Positions 51,258 to 60,588 of a stretch of 64,000 nucleotides of DNA are shown here, one piece after another. The stretch is from an uncultured Bacilli bacterium (GTDB taxonomy: Bacteria > Bacillota_I > Bacilli_A > RF39 > UBA660). The stretch lies in the NCBI GenBank assembly GCA_910580185.1, contig CAJTWC010000003.1:34304-98303 (forward strand), read 5' to 3'. Each line of letters starts with the position of its first letter. Positions within the stretch are counted from its first letter, which is position 1. The position numbers and the translations under genes are program-made. The notes under the pieces are model-generated. The model was not told where the DNA came from. It searched no databases and saw only the letters and a list, made by a program, of their open reading frames with translations.

Positions 51258-51296
51258 CATAGATGCAACACATATCAATTGCATCTATGTTTTTAT
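51258..51296 (+). terminator. strong intrinsic terminator inside a 670-bp noncoding region
   Basis: 10-bp stem ATAGATGCAA / TTGCATCTAT followed by GTTTTTATT. Confidence 0.55.
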
Positions 51297-51740
51297 TATT
51301 AATTTTCAATATATTGTTTTTATAATAAAACTAGCATGCATTTTAACGCATTTTTTATTTAAAAGATGCATAGTTGTTCATTCGGGTTTGTCTAGTGAAC
51401 TACTATTTTTCGTGATACTTCCCCTACTATGTAATTAAAACATGATAAAAAGGGGAGTAGGAGACTAATACAGCCACTTTTTTTAATAAGAGTGATGATT
51501 TATATATAATTTTTTCAAAACCATTTAAGATAGGTTAAAAATAATTAATAATAATTTTAAAAGATTTATATTTGAGTTTAGTTGCTTATACAGATAACAC
51601 ATATAACACAATCACGAAAGTGGATTTAATAGATTAGTAAATAAACATAATAAAAAGATAACTATAAAATAGCTATCTTAAATTCAAAATTAAAATGTTA
51701 ACATAATATGTATTATACGAACTAAAATATAGTAGTGTAC

Positions 51741-52508
51741 TTAAACATCGCGAGACTGTATTTCAGCTATCTTAGCTAATACTTCCGATGCATTTGTTTG
51801 ATTGATTTCTGTGTATCCTAACTCATGTAATGCTTGTATCTTAGCTGAATTTATTTCTTGAGTTCTAGAAAGTTTTTCTTCGTTCTTGTGTTCTATTTCT
51901 GCTACAAACTTCTTATGTTGTTCGGCAAGTTTTGTTTTTGATGCGCCACCATTACGGTATAAAGTCATTGCTGAATGCATAATACTTTCAAAAATAAATT
52001 GTTCTTCCTCATTAAATGTATATTCTTCTGGATCAACAAAGCCTAATAGTTTATCAATATATCCCATCATATATTTTAACTCTTTAACATTTTCTAATCC
52101 TTGGACAAAATTAAGTAAATATTTATATGTTAAATATGCGTCATTAGAATTTTCTATAAAACGTTCTTTTATTAAGAAAATAATGTCATTTAATAATTCT
52201 TGTTCTCTTGGCTTTAATTCTTTAAATTCTATTGATTCTGAATGAGTTACACTTATATTAGATGCGTCACCATTTAATACCATATCAACCTTATTTATAA
52301 ATTCAGCATCTACTTTTATATTATCTATATCAGTAGCCTCTTTAATATCCAATAAATTAAATAATTTCATTTTTTTATCTTTTGGCCATCTAGAAATATC
52401 ATTCATTTCTAAATAATTATAAATCATTTGGCGAGATACACCTAAATATTTTGCAAGTTTAACTTTAGAAATCCCTACCTCTTGTAAAATTTCGTTAAGT
52501 TTATCCAT
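51741..52508 (-). CDS. putative DNA-binding protein with N-terminal HTH
   Basis: N-terminus VGISKVKLAKYLGVSRQMIYNYL is a helix-turn-helix; GAGGAG RBS. Confidence 0.45.
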   Translation of the reverse strand: MDKLNEILQEVGISKVKLAKYLGVSRQMIYNYLEMNDISRWPKDKKMKLFNLLDIKEATDIDNIKVDAEFINKVDMVLNGDASNISVTHSESIEFKELKPREQELLNDIIFLIKERFIENSNDAYLTYKYLLNFVQGLENVKELKYMMGYIDKLLGFVDPEEYTFNEEEQFIFESIMHSAMTLYRNGGASKTKLAEQHKKFVAEIEHKNEEKLSRTQEINSAKIQALHELGYTEINQTNASEVLAKIAEIQSRDV

Positions 52509-52617
52509 AATTCTCTCTCCTCTACTCTATCTACTCTAACTATAATTTTACACTTTTTTACATTTTTGTCAACTTTTGTACAAAAAAATAATAGAATTAT
52601 AAATTCTATTATTGGTT

Positions 52618-53250
52618 TCATATTAAAAACGTAAATAATTTTAATAATACCGGTGTTATATAAGCATCAACTAATGATATAGTTATAATTAAAATCAATG
52701 ATATTATAAAAGCTAGAAAATATCTACCAATAAAAGTTTTGAAATCTAAACTTTTTTTAGTAAGTAAAGATTTTAAAAATTTAATAGATACATATACTGA
52801 GAAAAATGATAAAAATAAATAAATCAGTATAAATGCTACATGGCAAGGAAATATATATAATAATGAACCTAAAATACCTTTTAATGAATATTTATATATT
52901 ATAGTTCCTATTGTAAGACCAGTTGTAAAACCCTTAAAAAATAATATCAGAATAACCGCAAATATACCTATCATAGAAATTCCTAAAATAAAAATTATAG
53001 TAATTTGAATTATATTATTTATCAAAATACTTTCAAATGCACCTAGTCCAAATATACTTTTATCAAGAGTTTTAACACAAGTAAAAAATTCTCCTACTTC
53101 ATCTACTAATATTTTTTTATCAGCATTTCCAATAAAATTTATAAAGAGTGAGCCAAATATTAATCCTACCAAAAATATTATTATATTAAATATTATAATT
53201 TTCTTTTCTTTTTTTAATAGTTCGTTTAAATAGTTTATTAATTTCTTCAT
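52618..53250 (-). CDS. SpoIIM/DUF95-like polytopic membrane protein
   Basis: 210 aa, about 6 TM helices, N-terminal pattern resembling stage II sporulation protein M; AGGGAG RBS. Confidence 0.35.
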   Translation of the reverse strand: MKKLINYLNELLKKEKKIIIFNIIIFLVGLIFGSLFINFIGNADKKILVDEVGEFFTCVKTLDKSIFGLGAFESILINNIIQITIIFILGISMIGIFAVILILFFKGFTTGLTIGTIIYKYSLKGILGSLLYIFPCHVAFILIYLFLSFFSVYVSIKFLKSLLTKKSLDFKTFIGRYFLAFIISLILIITISLVDAYITPVLLKLFTFLI

Positions 53251-53345
53251 TTTAATCTCCCTAATAAACTATATTAATAATATTTAATATTATGACTTTT
53301 ATTTTAATGATTTTTATATTATAATTATCCTAAGAGGTGAATAAA

Positions 53346-53489
53346 TTGGCTAAAAACATTAGTGAAAACAAAAAGAAAAAGAAAAAATTCAAAATAAATT
53401 GGAGTAAAGTTTTAGTTTGGTTTGCGCTAATCGCAATGGTCGGATCAGCTATAATAGCAATACTATCCCCTATCATGTATAATAACTAG
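53346..53489 (+). CDS. 47-aa small membrane protein (TTG start), hypothetical
   Basis: AGAGGTG RBS 6 nt upstream of the TTG; poly-Lys N-terminus followed by one TM helix; not in the ORF track. Confidence 0.3.
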   Translation: MAKNISENKKKKKKFKINWSKVLVWFALIAMVGSAIIAILSPIMYNN

Positions 53490-53529
53490 AATACTGTCGT
53501 ATTCTTTTTTTTATTAAATATAATTTAGT

Positions 53530-53931
53530 ATGACAAACGAAGAAAAAATAAATAATCAAAAAATAAAATTTTTAGATCTTCAAATGGTAGCAACTATAGG
53601 ATTTATTTTAACTCTTATAATATCTTTTTTACTATCCTATGATAAAAAATTATCTTTAGAAAAAAAAGATAGATTATTCACAGAAGAAAACGCTCAAAAT
53701 TTAGCTCTTTTTCAAACTATCTTAGTATTTGTAATAGCCATATGCTTTTTATATATAAATTATAAACAATATAATATCGCTAAAGAAAATCATGGTAATG
53801 ATGAAAATGACTTTCTTCTTCAAATAGAAACTTCAATATTCGCTATAATATCAGCTATCATTGGATTATATATTGTATTTAAAAATTACCGAAATAAAAA
53901 TCTTAATATATCAGAAACGGAACCGTTTTAA
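53530..53931 (+). CDS. hypothetical membrane protein
   Basis: 3 predicted TM helices. Confidence 0.35.
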   Translation: MTNEEKINNQKIKFLDLQMVATIGFILTLIISFLLSYDKKLSLEKKDRLFTEENAQNLALFQTILVFVIAICFLYINYKQYNIAKENHGNDENDFLLQIETSIFAIISAIIGLYIVFKNYRNKNLNISETEPF

Positions 53932-54485
53932 TTATCATATTTATAATTTAAACTTTTTTCAGCATACTCTAAAGCTTTATCTCTGTCAAAAAAATATTCA
54001 TCAGGAATTATAAAACAGCTAGTTTTACGATAACCATTTGATATTTCAAAAGAAAGTGCAATTCCAATTATTTGTTCATCATTAAGTTTTTTTAAATGCT
54101 TCAATAGTTCTTTATCATAATGTTTAATAATATCAATTTTTAAATTTTCTTCAATGTACACTCTTTTTACAGATGCTTTTAAAGTTTCTAAATAATTATT
54201 ATCTACGTTTACTTTTCTTTTAATTAAATAATAAGTATATGCTTCACAAAAACCATCTATACATAAAAGAAAATTAGTATGACTATTAGGATATGGTAAA
54301 GTTAGATTAATATTATATATTTTATTATTTTTAAAATTTACCATACATATATTCTGATTATTACTTAAATTTCTAACAAACTTAGCTTTATCTTCCATAT
54401 AACTTATAAACTTTTTATCGAAAAAACGTAACTTTTCTAAAAAGGTTATAACCTTTAAATAATAATTTTTAGTTTTTTTATCCAT
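53928..54485 (-). CDS. hypothetical protein
   Basis: AGGTGA RBS upstream of the ATG at 54485; the ORF track begins at a TTG at 54491. Confidence 0.4.
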   Translation of the reverse strand: MDKKTKNYYLKVITFLEKLRFFDKKFISYMEDKAKFVRNLSNNQNICMVNFKNNKIYNINLTLPYPNSHTNFLLCIDGFCEAYTYYLIKRKVNVDNNYLETLKASVKRVYIEENLKIDIIKHYDKELLKHLKKLNDEQIIGIALSFEISNGYRKTSCFIIPDEYFFDRDKALEYAEKSLNYKYDN

Positions 54486-54545
54486 ATGCAAATCACCTGG
54501 TAAAATATAATATCACAAAAAAAGAAAAAAAGGAACTAAACGTTC

Positions 54546-55535
54546 CTAATTTTCCGCTTCTTTAAGCATTGTTGTAATTAATATCCCATATCCTCTTTTA
54601 GGATTATTAACTACTACGTTCGTTACTGCACCTATTATATTATCTCCTTGAATTATAGGAGAACCACTCATTCCTTGAACAATTCCACCAGTTTTTTCAA
54701 CTAAATTATCATCTGTTACTTCAAATAATATATTTTTATTACTATTACCATCATTAGTTACCTTAATTATGTTTATTTCGTATTCTGTTTTTATATCATC
54801 TTTTAATACCGTTATAATTTTAGCTTTGCCTAGTTTTATATCTTCATAATCAACTACTTTATATAAACTATTTTTATTTATTTCTTTCGTATAGCTACCA
54901 AATATTCCTGATGTTGTATTTTCTTTTATATCACCAAATACTTCATTTGAATTTACATTAGCATTTTTAGCACCAGGTTCTCCTCTGGTAGATTTATCAA
55001 TAGACGTTACGTTTGAATCATAAATTTTACCGTCTTTTACATTTAACATAACACCGCTTGTTCCTTCTATTACTTCGTGCCCTAATGCACCATAAAGTTT
55101 AGTTTTTGGATCGATAAATGTTAAAGTTCCTATTCCTGAGACCATGTCTTTAACATAAAGCCCAGTTTTTAATGTATTATCTTCATTTATTAAATTTAAA
55201 GTCGTATCGCTATTTTTTTTATTTCTCTTATACGTAATTTTTAAACTTCTTTGATTACTATTTTTTATCGAGGTAATAAAATCATCTATTGTTTTAACAT
55301 TATTATCATCTACTTTAACTATAGTATCTCCTGCTTTTAAATTAGCTTCTACTCCTGGAGACATATCACCTACTTTATAAAAACCTGCTATTATAACTCC
55401 GTTATTATTAATTTGAAGCCCTATGTTTTCTCCGCCTGCTATTATATAATCAGAATAAGCAAATAAAGTTTGTGGCATAATAAATGTAGCAACTATAAAA
55501 ATTGCTATAAAACTTTTAATTTTTTTAAAAAACAT
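54546..55535 (-). CDS. SpoIVB-like S55 serine peptidase with PDZ domain
   Basis: Signal peptide, PDZ-like region (GDTIVKVDDNNV), S55-type motifs SGIGTLTF and GMSGSPI; AAGGAG RBS. Confidence 0.55.
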   Translation of the reverse strand: MFFKKIKSFIAIFIVATFIMPQTLFAYSDYIIAGGENIGLQINNNGVIIAGFYKVGDMSPGVEANLKAGDTIVKVDDNNVKTIDDFITSIKNSNQRSLKITYKRNKKNSDTTLNLINEDNTLKTGLYVKDMVSGIGTLTFIDPKTKLYGALGHEVIEGTSGVMLNVKDGKIYDSNVTSIDKSTRGEPGAKNANVNSNEVFGDIKENTTSGIFGSYTKEINKNSLYKVVDYEDIKLGKAKIITVLKDDIKTEYEINIIKVTNDGNSNKNILFEVTDDNLVEKTGGIVQGMSGSPIIQGDNIIGAVTNVVVNNPKRGYGILITTMLKEAEN

Positions 55536-55629
55536 TTTTTATGCTCCTTTTGTAATTCGAACTACATTATTATTATGTTTCAAATATTTTTAATAATTAG
55601 TGATAAAAAATGGTAATAAAAAAAGGAAA

Positions 55630-56532
55630 TTAATCCCATAAATTTTTAGGATATTTTCCTTCTTCTATCATTTTATTAATAGCATTAACTAAGTCTTCTT
55701 TATCTTCTTTATAAGTAACACCATACCATTTTTCATCAGTGTCCAATACTTTAACATTTATTTTACCTTCGTCAATTCTTTTAAACACACTAGTTGGTAT
55801 TAAGAATTCACATTTGTCTAAATCATTTTTATGATTTTCAAAAAATTCTATCATTTCTTCTTCTAAATAATTAAATATAGAAGGTTTAAATCCAAAGAAG
55901 TTCATTGATACTAAATCGTTTTCATTTATTTCAAAAATATTGTTTTCATCTTCTAAAGATGTAGCCATTATCTTATCACCATTTTTTTCTATACTAGATT
56001 CAATTAGACTAGTTAAGTTTCCGTTGCTATCTTTTTCGCAAACTCCTCTTTTAACAGATCCGTTTTCACTCATGGTGTTTATTACGTTATATCCTACCAT
56101 AGCATATTCATTACTATCTGTTACTTTATCGAAGTATTCCTTTGTTTTTACATATGGATCAAGTCCATAAAAATCATCTGCATTTATTATAGAAAATGGT
56201 TCATTTACATACTTTTTAGCAGATAAAATCGCATGTGATGTTCCCCAAGGTTTTACTCTTCCAACAGGTATTTCAACACCTTCAGGTACATCTTCTATTT
56301 TCTGGAATGCATATTCAACTTTTATTTTAGATTCTATTCTTTTTCCAATAGTATCTCTAAATAAATCGTAGTTTTCTTCTTTTATTATGAAAACAACTTT
56401 ATCATATCCAGCTCTTATTGCATCATATACTGAATAATCTAAAATAAATTCTCCATTTGGTCCTACTGGTTCTACTTGTTTTAATCCGCCGAATCTAGAA
56501 CCCATTCCGGCAGCCATAATTACTAATGTCAT
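55630..56532 (-). CDS. sugar-phosphate nucleotidyltransferase (NTP_transferase family)
   Basis: N-terminal MAAGMGSRFGGLKQ nucleotide-binding loop; AGGAGG RBS. Confidence 0.6.
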   Translation of the reverse strand: MTLVIMAAGMGSRFGGLKQVEPVGPNGEFILDYSVYDAIRAGYDKVVFIIKEENYDLFRDTIGKRIESKIKVEYAFQKIEDVPEGVEIPVGRVKPWGTSHAILSAKKYVNEPFSIINADDFYGLDPYVKTKEYFDKVTDSNEYAMVGYNVINTMSENGSVKRGVCEKDSNGNLTSLIESSIEKNGDKIMATSLEDENNIFEINENDLVSMNFFGFKPSIFNYLEEEMIEFFENHKNDLDKCEFLIPTSVFKRIDEGKINVKVLDTDEKWYGVTYKEDKEDLVNAINKMIEEGKYPKNLWD

Positions 56533-56533
56533 A

Positions 56534-56938
56534 TTATTTTCCTCCTTTATTTACAATATCTATAACATATTTTTTTAAGTCACTTGTAATATCAATTTGA
56601 TAGCTATCATCATTTTTTAAGTTATGAAGATACGTAACTCCACATTCTGTGTTATCAAAAGTAATCTTATAATTACCAAACTTAACTATATACATACCAA
56701 TTCCAATACAATTTGTAATATGTTTAGTTTCCTTTAAATCCTCTTTTTTTAAATATTTTTTAATTATATTCTGATTTTTTTTTGTTAACTTAATTTTTTT
56801 AGTTCTATCAGTTTGATAATCAAGCCTTTTATAGACTTCAACATTATTAGAACTATTACTCTTATTTAACATTAAAATACTTATTATAATTACTAATATT
56901 AACAAAATCATAATAATTATTTTTTTAATATTTCTCAT
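56534..56938 (-). CDS. hypothetical protein with N-terminal TM
   Basis: 134-aa ORF. Confidence 0.4.
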   Translation of the reverse strand: MRNIKKIIIMILLILVIIISILMLNKSNSSNNVEVYKRLDYQTDRTKKIKLTKKNQNIIKKYLKKEDLKETKHITNCIGIGMYIVKFGNYKITFDNTECGVTYLHNLKNDDSYQIDITSDLKKYVIDIVNKGGK

Positions 56939-56943
56939 TATGT

Positions 56944-57165
56944 TTACTCCGCAGTAAAGTCTTCTTCACTACCATTTTCCGTTAATATTTTATTAACATT
57001 TTCTTCTGCGGTTTTAAGCTTTAATGAGCATTCCTTAGCAAGTTTCATAGCAGTAGTATATTTTTCTATTGCATCATCTAAATCTACATCGCCTCGTTCT
57101 AACTCACTTACCATTTTTTCAAGTTCATTTAACTTATCTTCAAATTTTGTTTCTTCTTTTTCCAT
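56944..57165 (-). CDS. xseB: exodeoxyribonuclease VII small subunit
   Basis: FEDKLNELEKMVSELERGDVDLDDAIEKY is typical XseB; GGAGGA RBS upstream of the ATG at 57165. Confidence 0.85.
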   Translation of the reverse strand: MEKEETKFEDKLNELEKMVSELERGDVDLDDAIEKYTTAMKLAKECSLKLKTAEENVNKILTENGSEEDFTAE

Positions 57166-57173
57166 GTTTCCTC

Positions 57174-57458
57174 CTACATACATTTATATATTCCTAAAAT
57201 GCAAAGTATAATTGATACTATGACAAGTCCCAAATGATAATATTTATCATCTTTATCTTTAACTTTAAACATCCCAAATATATTATATATAATTGATATT
57301 GTCATAGATAAAACTATTATCGTAAATAATAATTTACCAAATAAATTATTATAACTAATTCTAGCGTTAAATAAAGCCATTACAACTTCTATTAAAAGAA
57401 GTATAAAAGTAAGCGTTGTACCTATAATCGCACTATTTGCTTTTTTATTATTTTTCAT
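57174..57458 (-). CDS. small membrane protein between xseA and xseB
   Basis: GGAGG RBS 6 nt upstream of the ATG at 57458; 3 TM helices. Confidence 0.4.
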   Translation of the reverse strand: MKNNKKANSAIIGTTLTFILLLIEVVMALFNARISYNNLFGKLLFTIIVLSMTISIIYNIFGMFKVKDKDDKYYHLGLVIVSIILCILGIYKCM

Positions 57459-58719
57459 GTAAAACCTCCATAACCTTAGCATTTATTTTACCATCTTTTA
57501 ACATAATATTAATATTATCTTCTATTTTTAAATCATTAACGCTTGATATGCAAATATCATCTTTTTTTGTTACAGAGTATCCTCTTTTTAAAGCGTTTAG
57601 TGGATTTAATATTTCTAACTTTTCAATTAAATGGTTAGTTTTCTTTAATTTGTTTTCATATAGAATATTTGGATTTTTAAATATAATACTATTTTCTATT
57701 ATTTCTAATTTAGATTTACTAGTATATATAATAGTATTCATACACGTATTTAACTTATCTATTATGTTGTCTAACTTCTGTTCTTTTATTTCGTATAAAC
57801 TTAAAGGATTTTTTAAAACATAACTTTCCGATAGTTTTTTTAGTCTTAATTTATTATTTTCTAAAATTCTTTTAACACTATTTGTAAGCCTTGCCTCATT
57901 ATTACTTATTTCTAATAACAAATCAGTTAAAATAGGCACCGCACGCTCTGCTGCTCCCGTTGGAGTTTCAGCTCTTACATCCGCTACAAAATCGCATATC
58001 GTAAAATCTATTTGATGGCCAACGCCACTTATTATAGGTGTTTTACAAGAAAAAACTTTACGAGCAACTACTTCTTCGTTAAAAGGCCATAAATCCTCGA
58101 TAGAACCTCCTCCACGTCCAAGTATAATAACGTCTAAATCGTAATTATCAGCAATATCTAACTTTTTTACAATGTCATCTTTAGCAAGCTCTCCTTGTAC
58201 TAAACAAGGAAATAAAATTGTTTTACAAATTGGAAACCTTCTTTTAATGGTAGATAAAATATCTTTTACCGCCGCTCCAGTAGATGCTGTAATGATACCT
58301 ACCCTCATAGGAATTTTTGGAATTTCCTTTTTATATTTAGGGTCAAATAAACCTTCTTCACCTAGTTTTTTCTTTAACTGTTCAAACGCAATATGCAAAT
58401 TACCAACGCCATCTTCTAACATTTCACTTACGTATATTTGATAATTACCAGTTGATTCAAAAACACTTATTTTACCCTTTACCAATATCTTCATACCATC
58501 TTCTGGTATAAATTTAAGTTTAGAGGCGTTAAAACTAAACATAATGGCATTTATTCTTGAGTTTTCATCCTTAATAGTAAAATAGAAATGACCACGAGTA
58601 TGTGCTTTAAAATTAGATATTTCTCCTTTTAAGTACACTTCTTGCAGGTTTTTATCATTATCAATTTTATACTTAATGTATCTAGTAAGTGCGGTTACAC
58701 TCAAATATTTATCATCCAT
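57448..58719 (-). CDS. xseA: exodeoxyribonuclease VII large subunit
   Basis: OB-fold N-terminus LSVTALTRYIKYKID...VYLKGEISNF; AGGTGA RBS upstream of the ATG at 58719 (the ORF track begins at a GTG at 58728). Confidence 0.9.
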   Translation of the reverse strand: MDDKYLSVTALTRYIKYKIDNDKNLQEVYLKGEISNFKAHTRGHFYFTIKDENSRINAIMFSFNASKLKFIPEDGMKILVKGKISVFESTGNYQIYVSEMLEDGVGNLHIAFEQLKKKLGEEGLFDPKYKKEIPKIPMRVGIITASTGAAVKDILSTIKRRFPICKTILFPCLVQGELAKDDIVKKLDIADNYDLDVIILGRGGGSIEDLWPFNEEVVARKVFSCKTPIISGVGHQIDFTICDFVADVRAETPTGAAERAVPILTDLLLEISNNEARLTNSVKRILENNKLRLKKLSESYVLKNPLSLYEIKEQKLDNIIDKLNTCMNTIIYTSKSKLEIIENSIIFKNPNILYENKLKKTNHLIEKLEILNPLNALKRGYSVTKKDDICISSVNDLKIEDNINIMLKDGKINAKVMEVLHEK

Positions 58720-58801
58720 ATCTTTCACCTATTTTTCTTACAATTACATTGTATCATTTTTTAGAATTAGGTGCAATTTATATCACAAAAAAAGTATCTC
58801 A

Positions 58802-59506
58802 TTAGATACTTTTTAATGTTTTTTCAATCTCTTTTATTTTCTTATTTGAGATTTTTTTGTTTTTTCTTCTTAATTCTTTAGAAATCCCATTCACAGCGTT
58901 TCTTATAATAATTTCTTCATCCGTATCTTTATAACAATTAAGTGTAAATGTCAATGCTTTTGAAAAATCTTCTATTCCTCTATTTAAAATATGATTGGCA
59001 AAATCTCTTGACAACCTTTTACAATATAAGTATTCCCACATGTTATCAGGATTTGCGTAAAAGGTAGCATACATTCCTGGATTATAAACAGGTCTAATCA
59101 TTTTTTCACGTTTAGGCAAATTAGAATATTCGCTATACATTTCATCTAATTCGTCATATAAATCACAAATATATTCTTTTCTTAAATTTTCTTTAATCAT
59201 ATGAAATTCTAACATTATCTCATTGTTATTCTCAAACTCATCTATTTCCATTCCATGAAAAAATCTTTCTTTAATATATTCTTCATATTCATTAGCAAAT
59301 TTTGAAACAGCATATACCGTTGGTACTTTCATTTCTTCTTTTGGAACTGACATAATTGCTAATGCTTCTAAATTTAACGCCGCTTCAAAACTTGCTTTGG
59401 TTTTAAAAGCAGAAGATATTATATCTTCACACTTTTGGTCAACCCTTTTTCTATATCCAACACCGTCATTTTTATCGGATTCTTCTCTCTTAAAATAATT
59501 AAACAC
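58802..59506 (-). CDS. hypothetical protein (GTG start)
   Basis: AGGAGG RBS 8 nt upstream of the GTG. Confidence 0.4.
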   Translation of the reverse strand: MFNYFKREESDKNDGVGYRKRVDQKCEDIISSAFKTKASFEAALNLEALAIMSVPKEEMKVPTVYAVSKFANEYEEYIKERFFHGMEIDEFENNNEIMLEFHMIKENLRKEYICDLYDELDEMYSEYSNLPKREKMIRPVYNPGMYATFYANPDNMWEYLYCKRLSRDFANHILNRGIEDFSKALTFTLNCYKDTDEEIIIRNAVNGISKELRRKNKKISNKKIKEIEKTLKSI

Positions 59507-59600
59507 CTTAAAACCCTCCTTTTAAGTAATATTATTATAAATGGAATTATAATAATTTGCAATATTTTTGTTTATGATATATCATTATCTTGGTGATTTT

Positions 59601-60377
59601 ATGAATGAAGAAAACTTAATTACTTACTATAATAAATTTAACGAAGATAAAAGATTAACTCATCGTCATGGTATTGTAGAATATGTAACCGCTATGAAAT
59701 ATATTCATGATTTATTAAAAAAATACAAAAATCCTAAAATATTAGACGTGGGAGCTGGTACTGGTAGGTATTCGGTTACATTAGCAAATGAAGGTTATGA
59801 TGTAACTGCTATCGAGCTTGTAAAACATAATTTAATGACGTTAAAATCAAAAAACAGCACTGTTAAAGCACATTTAGGTAATGCTACTAACCTTTCCTTA
59901 TTTAAAGATAATTCGTTTGATGTGGTGCTTTTATTTGGGCCACTATATCATTTAATTAATAAAGAAGATAAATTAAAAGCTATAATAGAAGCTAAAAGGG
60001 TTTTGAAAAAAGATGGTGTTATATTAATTAGTTATTATATGAATGAATATGCAATAATTACCCATGGATTCAAAGATAATAATATATTGGATGCAATTAA
60101 AAACAATGAAATTGATGAAAACTTTCATGTTACGCCTAAAGAAACCGACCTTTATAGCATGGTTAGATTAGAAGATATTAATGAATTAAAAGATTTATCA
60201 GAATTAAATAGAATTAAAATATTATCCCAAGATGGCCCTTCTGATTATATTAGGCGGGTAATTAATAAAATGGATGAAAAAACTTTTAATACGTATATAA
60301 AATACCATCTGTCAACGTGTGAAAGGCCTGAACTTTTAGGCGCATCAAGTCATGTTTTAGATATATTAAAAAAATAA
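59601..60377 (+). CDS. class I SAM-dependent methyltransferase
   Basis: Motif I ILDVGAGTGRYSVTLA; the start could be further upstream (the ORF-track start is 59568; 59574 is another option). Confidence 0.7.
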   Translation: MNEENLITYYNKFNEDKRLTHRHGIVEYVTAMKYIHDLLKKYKNPKILDVGAGTGRYSVTLANEGYDVTAIELVKHNLMTLKSKNSTVKAHLGNATNLSLFKDNSFDVVLLFGPLYHLINKEDKLKAIIEAKRVLKKDGVILISYYMNEYAIITHGFKDNNILDAIKNNEIDENFHVTPKETDLYSMVRLEDINELKDLSELNRIKILSQDGPSDYIRRVINKMDEKTFNTYIKYHLSTCERPELLGASSHVLDILKK

Positions 60378-60380
60378 TAT

Positions 60381-60408
60381 TTACATAAATATAATATTTT
60401 TGTATAAT
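60381..60408 (+). promoter_or_regulatory. sigma70-like promoter (-35 TTACAT, 16-nt spacer, TG-TATAAT) driving a short plus-strand RNA
   Basis: Read directly. Confidence 0.45.
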
Positions 60409-60415
60409 TTAATTA

Positions 60416-60503
60416 GTGAGAGCACCTAACTTAAGGTTAGTAGCTTTCCTTAAATTTGTTTAGGGAAAAAGCGTAACTCCCCCCTGGGTATAGTTACGCT
60501 TTT
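60416..60503 (+). ncRNA. candidate ~88-nt small RNA convergent with the 26-aa peptide gene
   Basis: Starts at the left inverted repeat, contains the hairpin CUAAC-UUAAG-GUUAG, and ends at the bidirectional terminator at 60466-60504. Confidence 0.3.
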
Positions 60504-60504
60504 T
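60466..60504. terminator. bidirectional intrinsic terminator
   Basis: AAAAAGCGTAACT-loop-AGTTACGCTTTTT. Confidence 0.55.
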
Positions 60505-60507
60505 CTT

Positions 60508-60588
60508 TTATATTTTAAAAATTAGTATTGCTAATAATAAAATTAAAAGGATAATTATTACTCTTTGAAACTTAGTTTCACTTTTCAT
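60508..60588 (-). CDS. 26-aa hydrophobic peptide (MKSETKFQRVIIILLILLLAILIFKI), candidate type I toxin-like small membrane protein
   Basis: AGGTGGTG SD 6 nt upstream; single TM helix; stop codon abuts the bidirectional terminator; sequence-similar to the 29-aa peptide at 23835. Confidence 0.4.
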   Translation of the reverse strand: MKSETKFQRVIIILLILLLAILIFKI

